Notes: generated by a model from the sequence alone, not told the origin. Positions 38,472 to 49,591 are shown, counted from the first letter of the stretch. The stretch: 64,000 bases of DNA from Candidatus Bathyarchaeota archaeon (GCA_963767735.1 CAVYES010000005.1:384001-448000), one strand, 5' to 3'. Made by a program: numbers and translations.

Positions 38472-38701
38472 GTAGAAATTATGTAGAAGCAGAAATAATT
38501 GGTTGTTTCTTTCGAGTATACTACCAATCATACACTTCGCCAAAGCAGTGGAAAAAAACGATCACGCCAACGAAAAAGGTGGCATCCGCAATAATTATGT
38601 CTGTGTCACTAAATTGATCATAAATTTTGATCTTGGCTGGGAAATGGGGTTTATGATTTAAATAATGAATTATTGTTAGCTTGGATAGAGGCGTACGTGT
38701 T

Positions 38702-39133
38702 ATGCTTGAACGTTTGATGCTTTACTCTGATGGAGGCGCAAGAGGAAACCCGGGACCAGCCGCCATCGCGTATCTTGCAGTAAATGAAGCAGGGCAGATC
38801 CTTAAGACAGATTCACGCTTCATCGGTGAAGCAACCAACAACCAGGCAGAGTACAAAGCGTTGATAGCGGCGTTAGAGTTCGCCGTGGTGTTCAAAGCCC
38901 AAGAAGTCACCTGCCACCTTGACAGCGAACTAGTTGGAAAACAGCTCAATGGCGAATACAGCGTGAAAAATCCGGAGCTGCGCAAACTATGGCATAAAAC
39001 CGTGGAATTGACGGCTGGCTTTAAGAAAATCTGTTTTGTTAACGTTCCAAGAACTAATCTCTACATTCAAAGGGCTGATGCTCTTGTGAATAAAACTTTA
39101 GATGAAGAACCCAAACCAAAAAAGCCCTTGTAG
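38702..39133 (+). CDS. rnhA: Ribonuclease HI
   Basis: YSDGGARGNPG, TNNQAEY, LDSELV and RADALVN. Confidence 0.93.
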   Translation: MLERLMLYSDGGARGNPGPAAIAYLAVNEAGQILKTDSRFIGEATNNQAEYKALIAALEFAVVFKAQEVTCHLDSELVGKQLNGEYSVKNPELRKLWHKTVELTAGFKKICFVNVPRTNLYIQRADALVNKTLDEEPKPKKPL

Positions 39134-39189
39134 CTAAAGTATTATATCAAGCCCTGCATTCGTAAGCATAAGGGACAAGGGGTGAGAAA

Positions 39190-39588
39190 GTGTTCGTTCA
39201 TGCCAGTATTCGTACTAGTAACATGGAGAAATCAATCGATTTTTACACCAGACTTCTTGGTCTTAAGGTGATGAGTCGCAGAGAGATTAAGCAGACTGAC
39301 GCTGAAATTGCTTTTCTTCAAGATGCAGAAGGCAAAGGCTGCACGCTTGAATTAACCTTCTACCGTAACCAAACCAATTTCAATCAACCTGATTATGAAA
39401 AAAGATTGTTTGACCATTTAGGCTTTGAAGTTGCAGACATGGATAAGGCTATTGCCGCTTTTCGGATGGAGAACGTGACGATTACTGATGAGCCCTTTAA
39501 GCTTGGAGCAAATGGGCCAGTAATTGCCTTTGTTGAAGATCCAGATGGAACGCTCATTGAGTTAATCGAGAGGAAAACTACAGGTTAA
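39190..39588 (+). CDS. VOC family, lactoylglutathione lyase-like
   Basis: HASIR, LELT, FDHLGFEV and FVEDPDGTLIELIE. Confidence 0.88.
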   Translation: MFVHASIRTSNMEKSIDFYTRLLGLKVMSRREIKQTDAEIAFLQDAEGKGCTLELTFYRNQTNFNQPDYEKRLFDHLGFEVADMDKAIAAFRMENVTITDEPFKLGANGPVIAFVEDPDGTLIELIERKTTG

Positions 39589-39883
39589 TCATAACTTCGT
39601 TGTTTTCAACTTTTAACTCGTACATTGGTTGTGGCTTTTTCGTTGGTCCTTTAGTAAAATTGCCTGTTTTAAGTTCATAGGTGGAGCCGTGGCAGGGGCA
39701 GATAACTGTTTCTCCTACAAGTTTTCCTTTCGATAATTGGCAACCTCTATGCATGCACTTATCGCCGAGGGCGTAGTAATTTCCATTTACGTTGGCGAGC
39801 AATATTTTTTGGTCGTTAACTGTTAAGCCCATCAGGCTATTTGGTTTTACATCGTTTATTGACGCTAACTTGACAAATCCCAT
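39578..39883 (-). CDS. Rieske [2Fe-2S] ferredoxin
   Basis: CMH...CPCH ligands. Confidence 0.92.
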   Translation of the reverse strand: MGFVKLASINDVKPNSLMGLTVNDQKILLANVNGNYYALGDKCMHRGCQLSKGKLVGETVICPCHGSTYELKTGNFTKGPTKKPQPMYELKVENNEVMINL

Positions 39884-39915
39884 AACATATCACCTCACAA
39901 AAACATTTTTTAAAG

Positions 39916-40443
39916 TTACTCGTAGAATCTTGGCCTAACTTTCTTACTGTACTCTTCCATAGCTTTGGCTCTTTCTTCTTCCTCTTTGTCTTTGGCTTCG
40001 GCCTCCTTTTCGGCGGGTTGAGCAACGGATTTATCAAAATCTCCATCGACATTTTTGTACGAGCCTTCAAGAGCAGTTACGTAAATTTTAAAATCGCCGA
40101 TCGCGCTTTCAGCCTGCCTATGCGAAGCATGCACCTGCTCAGAAACAAGAATTATCAAGTCTAACATACTCCGAAGAGTTTGCTTATCCGATTCTGGTGC
40201 ATGGTCGTAGTATCGTTGGAAGACACTTAAAAGATCCATAAACATTTCATCTATTTCTCTGGTCTCCCGTCTAAACACATTTTCAGAAGTAAGCGATTTA
40301 GTTTTCAGGTAAAGCATGAGATTCTTAAGAATAGCTGTATCACAACTGGACAAAACAAAAACCTCAGTTAAACTATGTTTAGTGACTGAATTATATTTTT
40401 TGGTATTGCGTTCAAAAGCATTAGCAGAGACTTTTTTTCTCAA
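39916..40443 (-). CDS. Hypothetical helical protein (start uncertain)
   Basis: The C-terminal ~130 aa is protein-like, with a charged tail. Confidence 0.55.
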   Translation of the reverse strand: MRKKVSANAFERNTKKYNSVTKHSLTEVFVLSSCDTAILKNLMLYLKTKSLTSENVFRRETREIDEMFMDLLSVFQRYYDHAPESDKQTLRSMLDLIILVSEQVHASHRQAESAIGDFKIYVTALEGSYKNVDGDFDKSVAQPAEKEAEAKDKEEEERAKAMEEYSKKVRPRFYE

Positions 40444-40625
40444 TCATATAGTGCCAAGTGCTTATCGGTTACCCGCTTGTAGAGTGAGTAGGTGTTAAAT
40501 CCTTAATTAAAAACAACTTCACCAGCGGAATGGTCATGAAAGCACGATTTTGAGAGAAGAATAACTTTACTAAATTGTTGATAGTATGTAGCTGTTGTTT
40601 CTGGGGGGCAAATTCTGTTCTTTGT

Positions 40626-40659
40626 GTTTTGGGTTGCTTTTTTGGAACAGGCCTTAAAT
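40626..40659 (+). repeat. Dispersed ~34-bp intergenic motif, copy 3
   Basis: GTTTTGGGTTGCTTTTTTGGAACAGGCCTTAAAT. Confidence 0.65.
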
Positions 40660-40670
40660 CAAGGTTAGGC

Positions 40671-40740
40671 TACGGTTAAAAACGGTTAATAGTGGTTAGT
40701 TCTGGTTTAAAACGGTTGTATTTGGTAGGAAAAGGTTTAT
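40671..40740. repeat. 10-bp-phased GGTT array (7 units)
   Basis: tacggttaaa aacggttaat agtggttagt tctggtttaa aacggttgta tttggtagga aaaggtttat. Confidence 0.7.
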
Positions 40741-41019
40741 GCCACTAACACGTTCAGTAAACTTCAAAACAGCCATAAGGAAAGGAAATCGAACACAAAT
40801 CCCACACTCATCAGCATAAGACTTCCCGACGCTTACGTCCATGCAACTGCCAGAAAACTGAAAGCGAAGGTTTTGACCCCCGTTAGGCTTCAAGAATATT
40901 AATGATGCTGTTTTGATAAAATAGCTGTTCACATTCATAGGCATATAGAATTATTAGTTAACACCTAGTTATGCCAAAGCTTATAGGTAGCTTTCTAAAT
41001 AGCCAAGAATAGAAGCAAA

Positions 41020-42399
41020 TTGACAAACACAAAACAGAAATATTTCTGCCTCTCGATAACGTTGGGCTTACTTGCAGTGCTGCTTTTGCTTGTGGCAAGC
41101 AGTTTCTTTGTTTCCTCTGCAGCCGCATCCGCCCAAATTGAAGCATCTGGAAACGGACCCGTAATCATAGCAAACTTTAACGTTCCAGTAGATCCTGGCT
41201 CATCCACTTTTATGGCGCGCGTTGTCTCCACCGCTAAGGACCAGCATGCAGCCGCCATAGTCATCGAGATGAATACGCCTGGCGGATACCTCAGCGACAT
41301 GCTCGATATAATAACCTCCATCACGGATGCGAACGCTACAGGCATCCCGACTTACACATTTATCGTGCCTAACGGTCTTGGCGCTTCAGCTGGCAGTTAC
41401 ATAGCCATGGCAACAAACAGTATTCTGATGGGACCCGGCTCTGAGATAGGTCCAAGCACACCTATTGTAGTCGGCGGTACAGCGTTGGAGCAGAACCACA
41501 CTGAAGACGCAATGATAGAAACAATGGAGAGCCTTGCAACTGATTGGGGTCGCAACGTCACCGCAGTTTTCAACATGGTTTATGCTGATCAGGCATTTTC
41601 AACAAACCAAGCAGTGGCATTTCACGTAGTCGACGGCACAGCAAACTCACTCTCAGATGCGCTTAGCCTATGGGGTTTGTCTGGAAATCCTCAAGTGACT
41701 CTGAGTGAAAATCTCTACGAGCAGCTGCTCAGCGCTTTAAGCAACACCACTCTGGACGGCATCCTCTTCCTCATAGGAATCATTGCAGTTGTGATAGACT
41801 TTTTCCACCCCACAATACTGCTAACTATACTAGGCGTTATCGCTATAGTTGCTGGTTTAGTTGGGGCAGAAGTTGTGGGCGCCTCACTCTTAGGTATAAT
41901 TATACTAATCGTCGCAGCTGCATTGATAATTGCGGAGTTGAAACTCGGGCATGGATTTGCTCTTATAGCCGGCGTAGTCCTCGGTGCAGTCGGAATATAC
42001 TTATTATCTTTTAACTTGCCCTATTCGCCGTCGCCTTTTGGCGATATCGCGGTAATAGAGCTTAGTCTGCTTGTAGTTTTCGGGGTTCTCGCTGGCTTGT
42101 ACGTCAGGTGGGTAATTGGACCAATTAGGCGCCGCTCCAAACTTACAGGTCCAGAATACATTGTCGGCAAAATAGGAGTAACCACTACTGAGCTGAAGCC
42201 TAAAGGAGAAGTCAGGGTAGTTGGAGAAAACTGGCGCGCTGAATCTTTATCTGGAGACATCGCACAGGGCGAGCAAGTCAAAGTTAAAGCTTTAAAAGGC
42301 TTAGTAGTCATGGTTGAAAAAGTTCAAGAACAAAAAGTACAAGCACCAAACGATTCATCAACTCAAATCAGCTCTGATAAAGGCCCATCGTCTTCATAA
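41020..42399 (+). CDS. nfeD: Long-form NfeD membrane-bound serine protease
   Basis: Signal peptide, NTPGG, ASAGSYI, GRN, TM bundle and C-terminal OB fold (GEVRVVGENWRA). Confidence 0.9.
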   Translation: MTNTKQKYFCLSITLGLLAVLLLLVASSFFVSSAAASAQIEASGNGPVIIANFNVPVDPGSSTFMARVVSTAKDQHAAAIVIEMNTPGGYLSDMLDIITSITDANATGIPTYTFIVPNGLGASAGSYIAMATNSILMGPGSEIGPSTPIVVGGTALEQNHTEDAMIETMESLATDWGRNVTAVFNMVYADQAFSTNQAVAFHVVDGTANSLSDALSLWGLSGNPQVTLSENLYEQLLSALSNTTLDGILFLIGIIAVVIDFFHPTILLTILGVIAIVAGLVGAEVVGASLLGIIILIVAAALIIAELKLGHGFALIAGVVLGAVGIYLLSFNLPYSPSPFGDIAVIELSLLVVFGVLAGLYVRWVIGPIRRRSKLTGPEYIVGKIGVTTTELKPKGEVRVVGENWRAESLSGDIAQGEQVKVKALKGLVVMVEKVQEQKVQAPNDSSTQISSDKGPSSS

Positions 42400-42522
42400 T
42401 ATAAGCGGATCGCATTACCTTGTCCCTTTATCACACCTGTATTAGAAAATATCGCATAAGACCATTTTTCACCTAACAGTTGCGAAAGCCGTATAAGATA
42501 ATTGAAGCTAACCAAGTCTTTT

Positions 42523-43266
42523 ATGGGGAATCTGAAGAAAACCTCAGCTATCCTAATTCTGCTCATTATAGTTCTTGCCATGTCAGCAGCCAATGCAGCC
42601 CACGCTCTTGGAGTAACTGCCACGGTGACGGTTGGAAACCTCCCTGGGGCAGTGGCTTATGATTCCGCCAAGGGAGAAATATTCGTAGCCAATGAGGGAG
42701 TCATATCTGGTACCAGCATGATTTCGGTCATATCGGACAGCGACAACGCGGTGGTTGCAACAATACCCGTTGGAGAAGGTCCCTATGGCGTTGCTTACAG
42801 TTCTGGCAAGGGCGAAATATTCGTAACCAATAATTACGACAACACGACCTCGGTCATATCGGACGGCAACAACACTGTAGTTGCGACCATACCCGTAGAA
42901 GCTCCCTTTGGCGTTGCTTACGATTCAGGCAAGGGCGAAATATTTGTAACCAATACTCTTTTCGAGCCTTCTCTTCTCAACCCTACCACCAATTTTATTT
43001 CCAACACGGTTTCGGTACTATCAGATTCCTCTGGCACATCTGCGTCTCCAACTCCAGCAACATCCGTGTCGCCAACGCCAACTGCACCAGAGTTCAACAC
43101 CGAGACCCTCATTTTAGAACTGTCAGTAATGGTAGCAGTGTCCTTTAGTGCGGTTGCATTGGCATATAAAAAATCGATCCGAACTATCTCTGATTCCAAG
43201 CAGACGAAAAAGTTGAGCTTAAACTCATCAGAAATAACAAATTTTAGGGACGAACCAGCGCGCTAA
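42523..43266 (+). CDS. YVTN-type beta-propeller repeat surface protein with PEF-type C-terminal sorting signal
   Basis: Three repeats of VAYDSxKGEIFVxN...SVISD, a Pro/Thr linker, then APEF + TM + basic tail. Confidence 0.8.
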   Translation: MGNLKKTSAILILLIIVLAMSAANAAHALGVTATVTVGNLPGAVAYDSAKGEIFVANEGVISGTSMISVISDSDNAVVATIPVGEGPYGVAYSSGKGEIFVTNNYDNTTSVISDGNNTVVATIPVEAPFGVAYDSGKGEIFVTNTLFEPSLLNPTTNFISNTVSVLSDSSGTSASPTPATSVSPTPTAPEFNTETLILELSVMVAVSFSAVALAYKKSIRTISDSKQTKKLSLNSSEITNFRDEPAR

Positions 43267-43367
43267 CTTTTCATTTTGCCTGAGCCTTTGGAGACTTGTC
43301 GAAATACTTTTGCTTTATAGCCCACATTTACCCGCAGAGTTAATAACTAAAGAAAAGCATATTTAAG

Positions 43368-44855
43368 TTGGAGCACTTTAGGTTTTGGAGAGTAATAGCT
43401 ACATTGTCTGTTTCTTACAAGATTGACACTGAAGTTCCTCCCAGCTACTATCAAAAACTATTCGACTTCATATACGCGCAATATTTGACGCCTCAGAAGC
43501 AGCGTTTCTCCAATCTCTCCAAAGAAATAACTCCAAGCAGCAGCCGCATCTCCTACGTTGTCTTAGGCGCGCAGGGAAAACAAATATTGCGTGTGGAGAT
43601 TGTAGGCACTGACTCTGTGAACATGACCATAACGCCCTTGGAATCGCAGGTTTCCGAAGAAGTAATTGCGGAAGCCCGACAGGACGCGGTTATTGCTACG
43701 CAGATGTTTGAGGCAAAAGCCCGCAAAGCCACATGGTACTTCGCGTGGCAGGAAGGCGAAAAAATCGTTCCCGAAAAGGTTAAGCTTCACGAAAAAAGCT
43801 TCCAACGCATCTTTTTGGAAACCCAAGTTCTCCTCTCCTTCGTATTCATAACCTTAGGACTGGGATTATTCATTGTCGTTTACACGTATTATCACCAGTA
43901 TTTCTGGATCGCCCCGCTAATCCTGATCGCGTCACAATCCGTGTTTATTTTCTACTCTGACAGAATCATTGCCAGATCAGGCGACTGGACCATCACCAAA
44001 GACAATCCATTCATACATTTCTTGGAGTACCAGCCGCCTATCGGTTCATTGGGTACGCTTGACGACTACAAACAAGTCCCGCCCGAGCAACTGGTAGCTA
44101 TCAAAAAGGAAGTCTACGAAGAAATTATAGCTAAGCACGGAGCAATCGACTGCAACGAAGCGGAAAGCGTCTTCTCCAAATACAACGTATCCTGCAGACA
44201 GGGCAGTTTGTCAGCCAAAAAAATCAATGTCTACGAGCTAGTGAAGAAGGTGGCGGACCGCTTTGGCTACAAAGTACCTAAAATCGTCATTTCAAACACC
44301 ATGGTTCCCAACGCAGCCGCTTCAGGACCCAGCCCCAAACGAGGCATAGTCCTCATAACAACTGGTTTGCTTGTGCAGCTTGATGAACCTGAAGTCGTAA
44401 GCGTCTTGGGGCACGAGTTTGGTCACCTCAAGGGCAGAGATCCGCTTATCCTATTTGGATTATTAAGCGCAGAGTTCATATTTCGCTTCTACGTTTTGCT
44501 CGCGCTGTTCCCAGAAATATTTTTGTCTATACTGTTCTTCGTTTACTTTTTTGCAGTCATGACGCTCATATTCTTCATAGCCAAATTCTTCGAAGCCCGC
44601 GCTGACCTAACGTCTGCCATAATGATGGGGCAGCCCCAAGTCTTAGCGCACTCACTGGAAAAAATCGGTTTCCAGCGCCTCTTATTCGAACGCACACCCA
44701 GTTTCCGCCTCCAAGAATGGGTAGGATTAGACAGCCACCCCCCCATATACTGGCGAGTAGACCGCTTAGAAAAACTCACTGAACCCGTACAAGTCAAACA
44801 CCCTCTTATCCAATCCATCAAAGAAGTACTCAGCGGATTCCGCGCAACCCTATAA
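43368..44855 (+). CDS. M48/HtpX-like membrane zinc protease with long N-terminal extension
   Basis: PNAAASG, HEFGH, EARAD and SHPP motifs. Confidence 0.88.
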   Translation: MEHFRFWRVIATLSVSYKIDTEVPPSYYQKLFDFIYAQYLTPQKQRFSNLSKEITPSSSRISYVVLGAQGKQILRVEIVGTDSVNMTITPLESQVSEEVIAEARQDAVIATQMFEAKARKATWYFAWQEGEKIVPEKVKLHEKSFQRIFLETQVLLSFVFITLGLGLFIVVYTYYHQYFWIAPLILIASQSVFIFYSDRIIARSGDWTITKDNPFIHFLEYQPPIGSLGTLDDYKQVPPEQLVAIKKEVYEEIIAKHGAIDCNEAESVFSKYNVSCRQGSLSAKKINVYELVKKVADRFGYKVPKIVISNTMVPNAAASGPSPKRGIVLITTGLLVQLDEPEVVSVLGHEFGHLKGRDPLILFGLLSAEFIFRFYVLLALFPEIFLSILFFVYFFAVMTLIFFIAKFFEARADLTSAIMMGQPQVLAHSLEKIGFQRLLFERTPSFRLQEWVGLDSHPPIYWRVDRLEKLTEPVQVKHPLIQSIKEVLSGFRATL

Positions 44856-44892
44856 CCACCTACATTCAACATCTTTTATCAAGAACGTTTTT

Positions 44893-46857
44893 CTAAACGA
44901 TTGAATCTTGAGAGTTAACCTGATTCTCAGTTTTATTTGGTTCGTTGGGTTTCACGTTTTCACTGGTTTTTTGGTTCATCTGTCTTTTTTTCTTGGCGTA
45001 GACAAGCACTACTAAAAAGGTTGCAACTAAAAGAATTGTCAAGCCAACGTATGGAAATAGCGATCCGTTTTTATTAATTGTTTTTCCCTTGCTCGTTTGA
45101 GGTTGAACCAGATTACTAAAAGTGTTGACTGTCAAGTTTTTGAAAATTACGGCGTTATCTACGTTGTTTGTTATTAACATTACCATTTCATTGCTGTTAG
45201 TTGCGTTGTAAGGAGATACCGTGCTTTCGATAAGGGTGCCATTTGTATTGTATAAGTTAGCAGCTATTCCGTTGTCTGATATGGTTGCTGTGATGTTGTA
45301 CCATGCGTTTTCTTTTATGTCCTCAGAAGCGTTCATGAAACCCGTGTTGTATCCAACACTTTGTGTTATGTTAGACATTTCATAATCGTTTAGTGCACTA
45401 ACGTTTAAGCTGTAATTTCCGCTGTTATTTTGAAGGATGAAACAAAACTGATTGTTTATTGTTTGATTAAAATCGCTTGGCAACATTAGAGGCGCCAAGC
45501 CTTGTGGAATGTTTACAGGTATTGTCATTGTTTCCTTAGGTATCTGTATCGTTCTCATTTGGTTGATTCTTCCAAATCCCATCGTTTGTGTGCTTGCCGG
45601 AATTGTTATTGTTTCTGTTTGAACATTGGATCCCGTTTGCCCAGCTTGAAGTATAGTAAAATCGTAGCTGAAAGAAACAACTGTCCCTAATGGGATGTTA
45701 AGAAAATCGTTAACGCCTAGCAGTGGTTGGGCCACGTAAGATGCAAACGCTGCTTGCCCATAGATGTAGTTATAGCCGATGGCGTTAAACTGAACAAATG
45801 ATTCAGGACCGGCAAAAACTACAAGCGTTTCGCTGTCTGCACCGGCATAATTTGAAACGCCACTCCAACTTGTTCTGATATAGTACGTGCCTGATGAAGT
45901 GAAGTTCCATGTCAACATGTACCCGCCGCTGTCATTTGTTGCTGTGGTGAAATAATTATAGGCCGATCCGTTATTCACATATACAGAGACGTTTTCCATC
46001 GCGTATGTAGGTGAAATTGAACCTGAAATAGCAAGAGCACGCGGATTTTCTCCGATGCTTGATTGTATTTGAGACATATTAGCACTTGCCGGTTCCTGGG
46101 ACAGACCAATAGTTATAGATGAAGGAAGCATCGGAGTGTTCAAACTTGCTGAAACTTGTCCTGGAGATGATTGCTCAGTGCCATTAAGAGGAATAATGAC
46201 GGGCACTGACCCAGATAGGGATGCTGATTGGTCTCCAACTTTCCAGTCTTCAGCAGGGGTGCATTCAGCCGTCCAATAAGTTTTATTGTCATAGACGAAA
46301 TCGGTAGGTGCCATTCCAGCAGTATGAAAGACCGGCGTGTAGGGGAGATAAACTCCAACATTCATGTGACCGGGGGTTATGTCTATATAATGAATCAAAA
46401 CCACATCTAAGCCTCCAGCCATCATTATAGAAGCCGCAAGGAGCGACAACGCAACGCAATCTCCAGAATTGTTTACAAGAGTTTCAACCGGATATTCCGG
46501 TTCGTTAACAGCATACGGGATTTGGTGAACCAACGTTAACACCGCATCAGCGAACCGTTCGTCGCTGTAGGAGAGATTACTGGTGATGTTTTGAATGCTC
46601 TCCGCAATGGGTTCGACAGCTTGAGGCGTAACAAAATTTGCGTAATCACTATCGCTATTTACTGCATGGCTCATATTACCATAATAATCGTAGAGCGAAG
46701 GCGTTACTGAAACATACAGCCTATGGCTGAGGATCCCGTATTGAGCTTGAAAAGTACTGGTTTTTTCGCAGTTCGCTACTAAAGAGGTAGGCGTTATGAA
46801 GACCAGTAGAAAAATGCAAATCAGCACGATTATGGGTTTACGAAACTTAAAATACAT
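44893..46857 (-). CDS. Secreted transglutaminase-like cysteine protease-domain protein with C-terminal TM anchor
   Basis: YPVETLV...GDC, GHMNVGV and AECT triad pattern; Ig-like domain; many NxS/T sequons. Confidence 0.75.
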   Translation of the reverse strand: MYFKFRKPIIVLICIFLLVFITPTSLVANCEKTSTFQAQYGILSHRLYVSVTPSLYDYYGNMSHAVNSDSDYANFVTPQAVEPIAESIQNITSNLSYSDERFADAVLTLVHQIPYAVNEPEYPVETLVNNSGDCVALSLLAASIMMAGGLDVVLIHYIDITPGHMNVGVYLPYTPVFHTAGMAPTDFVYDNKTYWTAECTPAEDWKVGDQSASLSGSVPVIIPLNGTEQSSPGQVSASLNTPMLPSSITIGLSQEPASANMSQIQSSIGENPRALAISGSISPTYAMENVSVYVNNGSAYNYFTTATNDSGGYMLTWNFTSSGTYYIRTSWSGVSNYAGADSETLVVFAGPESFVQFNAIGYNYIYGQAAFASYVAQPLLGVNDFLNIPLGTVVSFSYDFTILQAGQTGSNVQTETITIPASTQTMGFGRINQMRTIQIPKETMTIPVNIPQGLAPLMLPSDFNQTINNQFCFILQNNSGNYSLNVSALNDYEMSNITQSVGYNTGFMNASEDIKENAWYNITATISDNGIAANLYNTNGTLIESTVSPYNATNSNEMVMLITNNVDNAVIFKNLTVNTFSNLVQPQTSKGKTINKNGSLFPYVGLTILLVATFLVVLVYAKKKRQMNQKTSENVKPNEPNKTENQVNSQDSIV

Positions 46858-47431
46858 ACAAACCCAACAAACTTTTTGACATCATTACACTTTAAATAAA
46901 ACGCGTAATAGAAGCGTTACGTTATTTATATTTTTTGTGTTTTGGTCTTTGGGCCAATCTTAGTTGAACTTTGGTCTTTTTTCAGAGAGCATATTTGTGA
47001 ACAAAAACGTTTGAGAAAAGAACTTCCTTTTGCGAATCATCCTTGTTCTGCCCCACCACAACTCACATGTTCTCTCATAAAAGAAAAGCTTCTCGCACAC
47101 TTCTACACACATTTCTTAAAAAAATTGTAGAGAAAAACATTTGCCAATGCGTTTTAGGTTTCGACAGCGCCTTTCAGGGGAAGCCTTCGCATCAACCTTA
47201 AATTTGTTAAGGCAGCCATTTAATTTACATTTCTCTTCGAAGCTAAATATTACTGCTTTGCAAACGGTACTCAAAAACGAAGACCTTTGAAAACTCGAAT
47301 TCAGACTAGTTTTAAAATTGCTAATGCATAAAAAAAATGGTTTGACACTCGGATAACATAAACTTACTGCGATTAAAAATGGTTTTCACAATTTAAAGCG
47401 CAAGCTCGCACAGGAAAAAACATAGCTTGTG

Positions 47432-47806
47432 TTATTCAAATTTCTTGCCACATTTTTGGCAGTATTGGGCATCAATATTTCTTTTTGCTCCACAGTTTAG
47501 ACAAGCACCCGGATTTGCTGTGGGCAGTTGTTTCTCTGCGTCTTTTATTTTCTCTCTGATTTGCCGTTCTGCGATGTAACCTGTAATCAGCAGAACAATT
47601 CCAGCAATTAATACAGGAATGGCGTAATTTTGATAGGGAGTAAAAGCTAAACCAATCTGACCAATCAAGGTAGTTTTATAGTACAAATATCCATAAAGAC
47701 CCAATAAAAGAAAAAGCCCGCCGAAAACATAGCCAAATGAGCTAACTATTCTCCAATTCTGATGAGTCAAATGTAATCTTTTGTCGCGATTCGCATTCGT
47801 TTTCAT
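47432..47806 (-). CDS. 2-TM protein with C-terminal Zn ribbon
   Basis: CLNCG...YCQKCGKK. Confidence 0.75.
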   Translation of the reverse strand: MKTNANRDKRLHLTHQNWRIVSSFGYVFGGLFLLLGLYGYLYYKTTLIGQIGLAFTPYQNYAIPVLIAGIVLLITGYIAERQIREKIKDAEKQLPTANPGACLNCGAKRNIDAQYCQKCGKKFE

Positions 47807-48046
47807 CTAATTCATCACTATGTATCCGTATGAGCTTTTACTAGGCTGAAGAAAAAATCGATTTATACATGTTTGCTTTTTCGAGAGGCAAAATGCAGTT
47901 TTCAGTCCAAAGCGGTTTTTCCAAGTCAGTGCTTTGTTCAAAGAATCTTATTTTCTTATCATAACTTTTAGCTGATAGTTTCAGGTTTATTAGATTCCAC
48001 TAAGCGCTAATGATTTTTTCATTAACTTTACTACAAGAGATTTTAG

Positions 48047-48119
48047 TAGCCCGGGAGAGATTCGGACTCTCGTCGGCGGGTCCAAAGCCCGCTATGCTTG
48101 ACCACTACACCACCGGGCT
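48047..48119 (-). tRNA. tRNA-Gln (TTG)
   Basis: AGCCCGG acceptor with A1-U72, anticodon arm GCGGG-CTTTGGA-CCCGC, T-arm GAGAG-TCCGAAT-CTCTC; no intron. Confidence 0.93.
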
Positions 48120-48422
48120 GCAGTCTTTTTTATTGTTGATGCTGAGTTTTAGGACATTTTTTATCCTAATAAGCGTTCTTCATAAGAAATGAGGGTTGGC
48201 ATTTTGTATTTCATTAACATTTTCTTTATGCTAATCTCCATATGCCATGTGTGGATGGTGTATAAATTTGTTAGATAAACTGTGCAATAACTTTATTAAG
48301 ACCACAAAGCTTAAATAAAAGTGGTATTCCATACCTTAGTCTGCGCGGGCCGGATGTACTGTTTTTCTAGCCAGATTGGCCTATAGTGACGGTTCTACGC
48401 ATGTTCCAAAGGAGTAGAAAAA

Positions 48423-49361
48423 ATGAGCAAAAAAGAAACTAAAACACAAACGCGCTTGTCTGACAAGTGCGCAGAGTGCGGTAGCGAAAACCTAGTTCAC
48501 GATTACGACACCGGAGAAACCGTTTGCGGAGACTGCGGCTTAGTTTTGTACGAGCAAATGATGGACAAAGGACCCGAATGGCGCGCTTTTACTCAAGAGG
48601 AGAAAGCGTCAAGAAGCCGAGTTGGAGTTCCCACATCATACTCTGTTCATGACAAAGGCTTATCCACGGCCATCAGCCAAGTGGACCGAGACGCATTCGG
48701 AAGAAAACTACCGCTATCCACAAGGCTGCAAATGTGGCGCCTTAGAAAATGGCAAATACGCAGTCGAGTACACTCATCTGTCGACCGAAACCTAGCTCAA
48801 GCAATGGCAGAACTCGATCGTCTCTCCGACAAAGTTTACATTCCACCACCAATCAAAGAAAAAGCCGCTGTAATTTACCGAAAAGCCTTAGACAAAGGCC
48901 TTGTTCGGGGCAGATCAATTGCCGCTATAGCCGCTGCTGCACTTTATGCTGCTTGCCGCGGAAGCGGAACACCGCGTACTTTGCGGGAAATTGCTGAAGC
49001 TAGTCTTGTCGATAAGAAGGACGTCGCAAGATGCTACAGGCTATTACTGCGTGAGCTTGATGTTCACATGCCTATTGCTGACCCACTTACTTACGTGTCT
49101 AAAATCGCTGAAAAAACTGGAATTTCAGGCAAGACACAGGGTGCTGCCATCCAAATTCTCAGGGAGGCTAGACGCAAACGTGCTGCTGCCGGAAAAGACC
49201 CGATGGGCTTAGCTGCTGCCGCCTTATACATTGCTTGCTTGCAGAACAACGAGAAAAAGACCCAAAAAGACATCGCTGAAGCCGCCGGCGTAACTGAAGT
49301 AACAGTTCGCAACCGTTACAAAACGCTTAAGAAACAATTGAACCTTGAATTGCCAGATTAA
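48423..49361 (+). CDS. tfb: Transcription initiation factor IIB
   Basis: Zn ribbon, GPEWRAF, two cyclin repeats and VTEVTVRNRY. Confidence 0.98.
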   Translation: MSKKETKTQTRLSDKCAECGSENLVHDYDTGETVCGDCGLVLYEQMMDKGPEWRAFTQEEKASRSRVGVPTSYSVHDKGLSTAISQVDRDAFGRKLPLSTRLQMWRLRKWQIRSRVHSSVDRNLAQAMAELDRLSDKVYIPPPIKEKAAVIYRKALDKGLVRGRSIAAIAAAALYAACRGSGTPRTLREIAEASLVDKKDVARCYRLLLRELDVHMPIADPLTYVSKIAEKTGISGKTQGAAIQILREARRKRAAAGKDPMGLAAAALYIACLQNNEKKTQKDIAEAAGVTEVTVRNRYKTLKKQLNLELPD

Positions 49362-49591
49362 ACATTTTCTTTAGATGAAGAATCAGTTTCTTCTTTTTCT
49401 TTTTCAAGCGTCATAACAACGGTTCCAGTGTACCCACAATTTTCACAGTAATACTGTTCGCCCGTTAACCAAACACTCAGATTGCTCGTCAACTTTAACT
49501 TTGGACTACAACATCTCGGACAATAAATCTGCGTTCTTTTACGATGCTTAATCGATTTGAATACTTCGCGAACGTCATCTAGCTTTTTCAT
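49358..49591 (-). CDS. Small Zn-ribbon protein
   Basis: YCPRC...YYCENCGY. Confidence 0.75.
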   Translation of the reverse strand: MKKLDDVREVFKSIKHRKRTQIYCPRCCSPKLKLTSNLSVWLTGEQYYCENCGYTGTVVMTLEKEKEETDSSSKENV

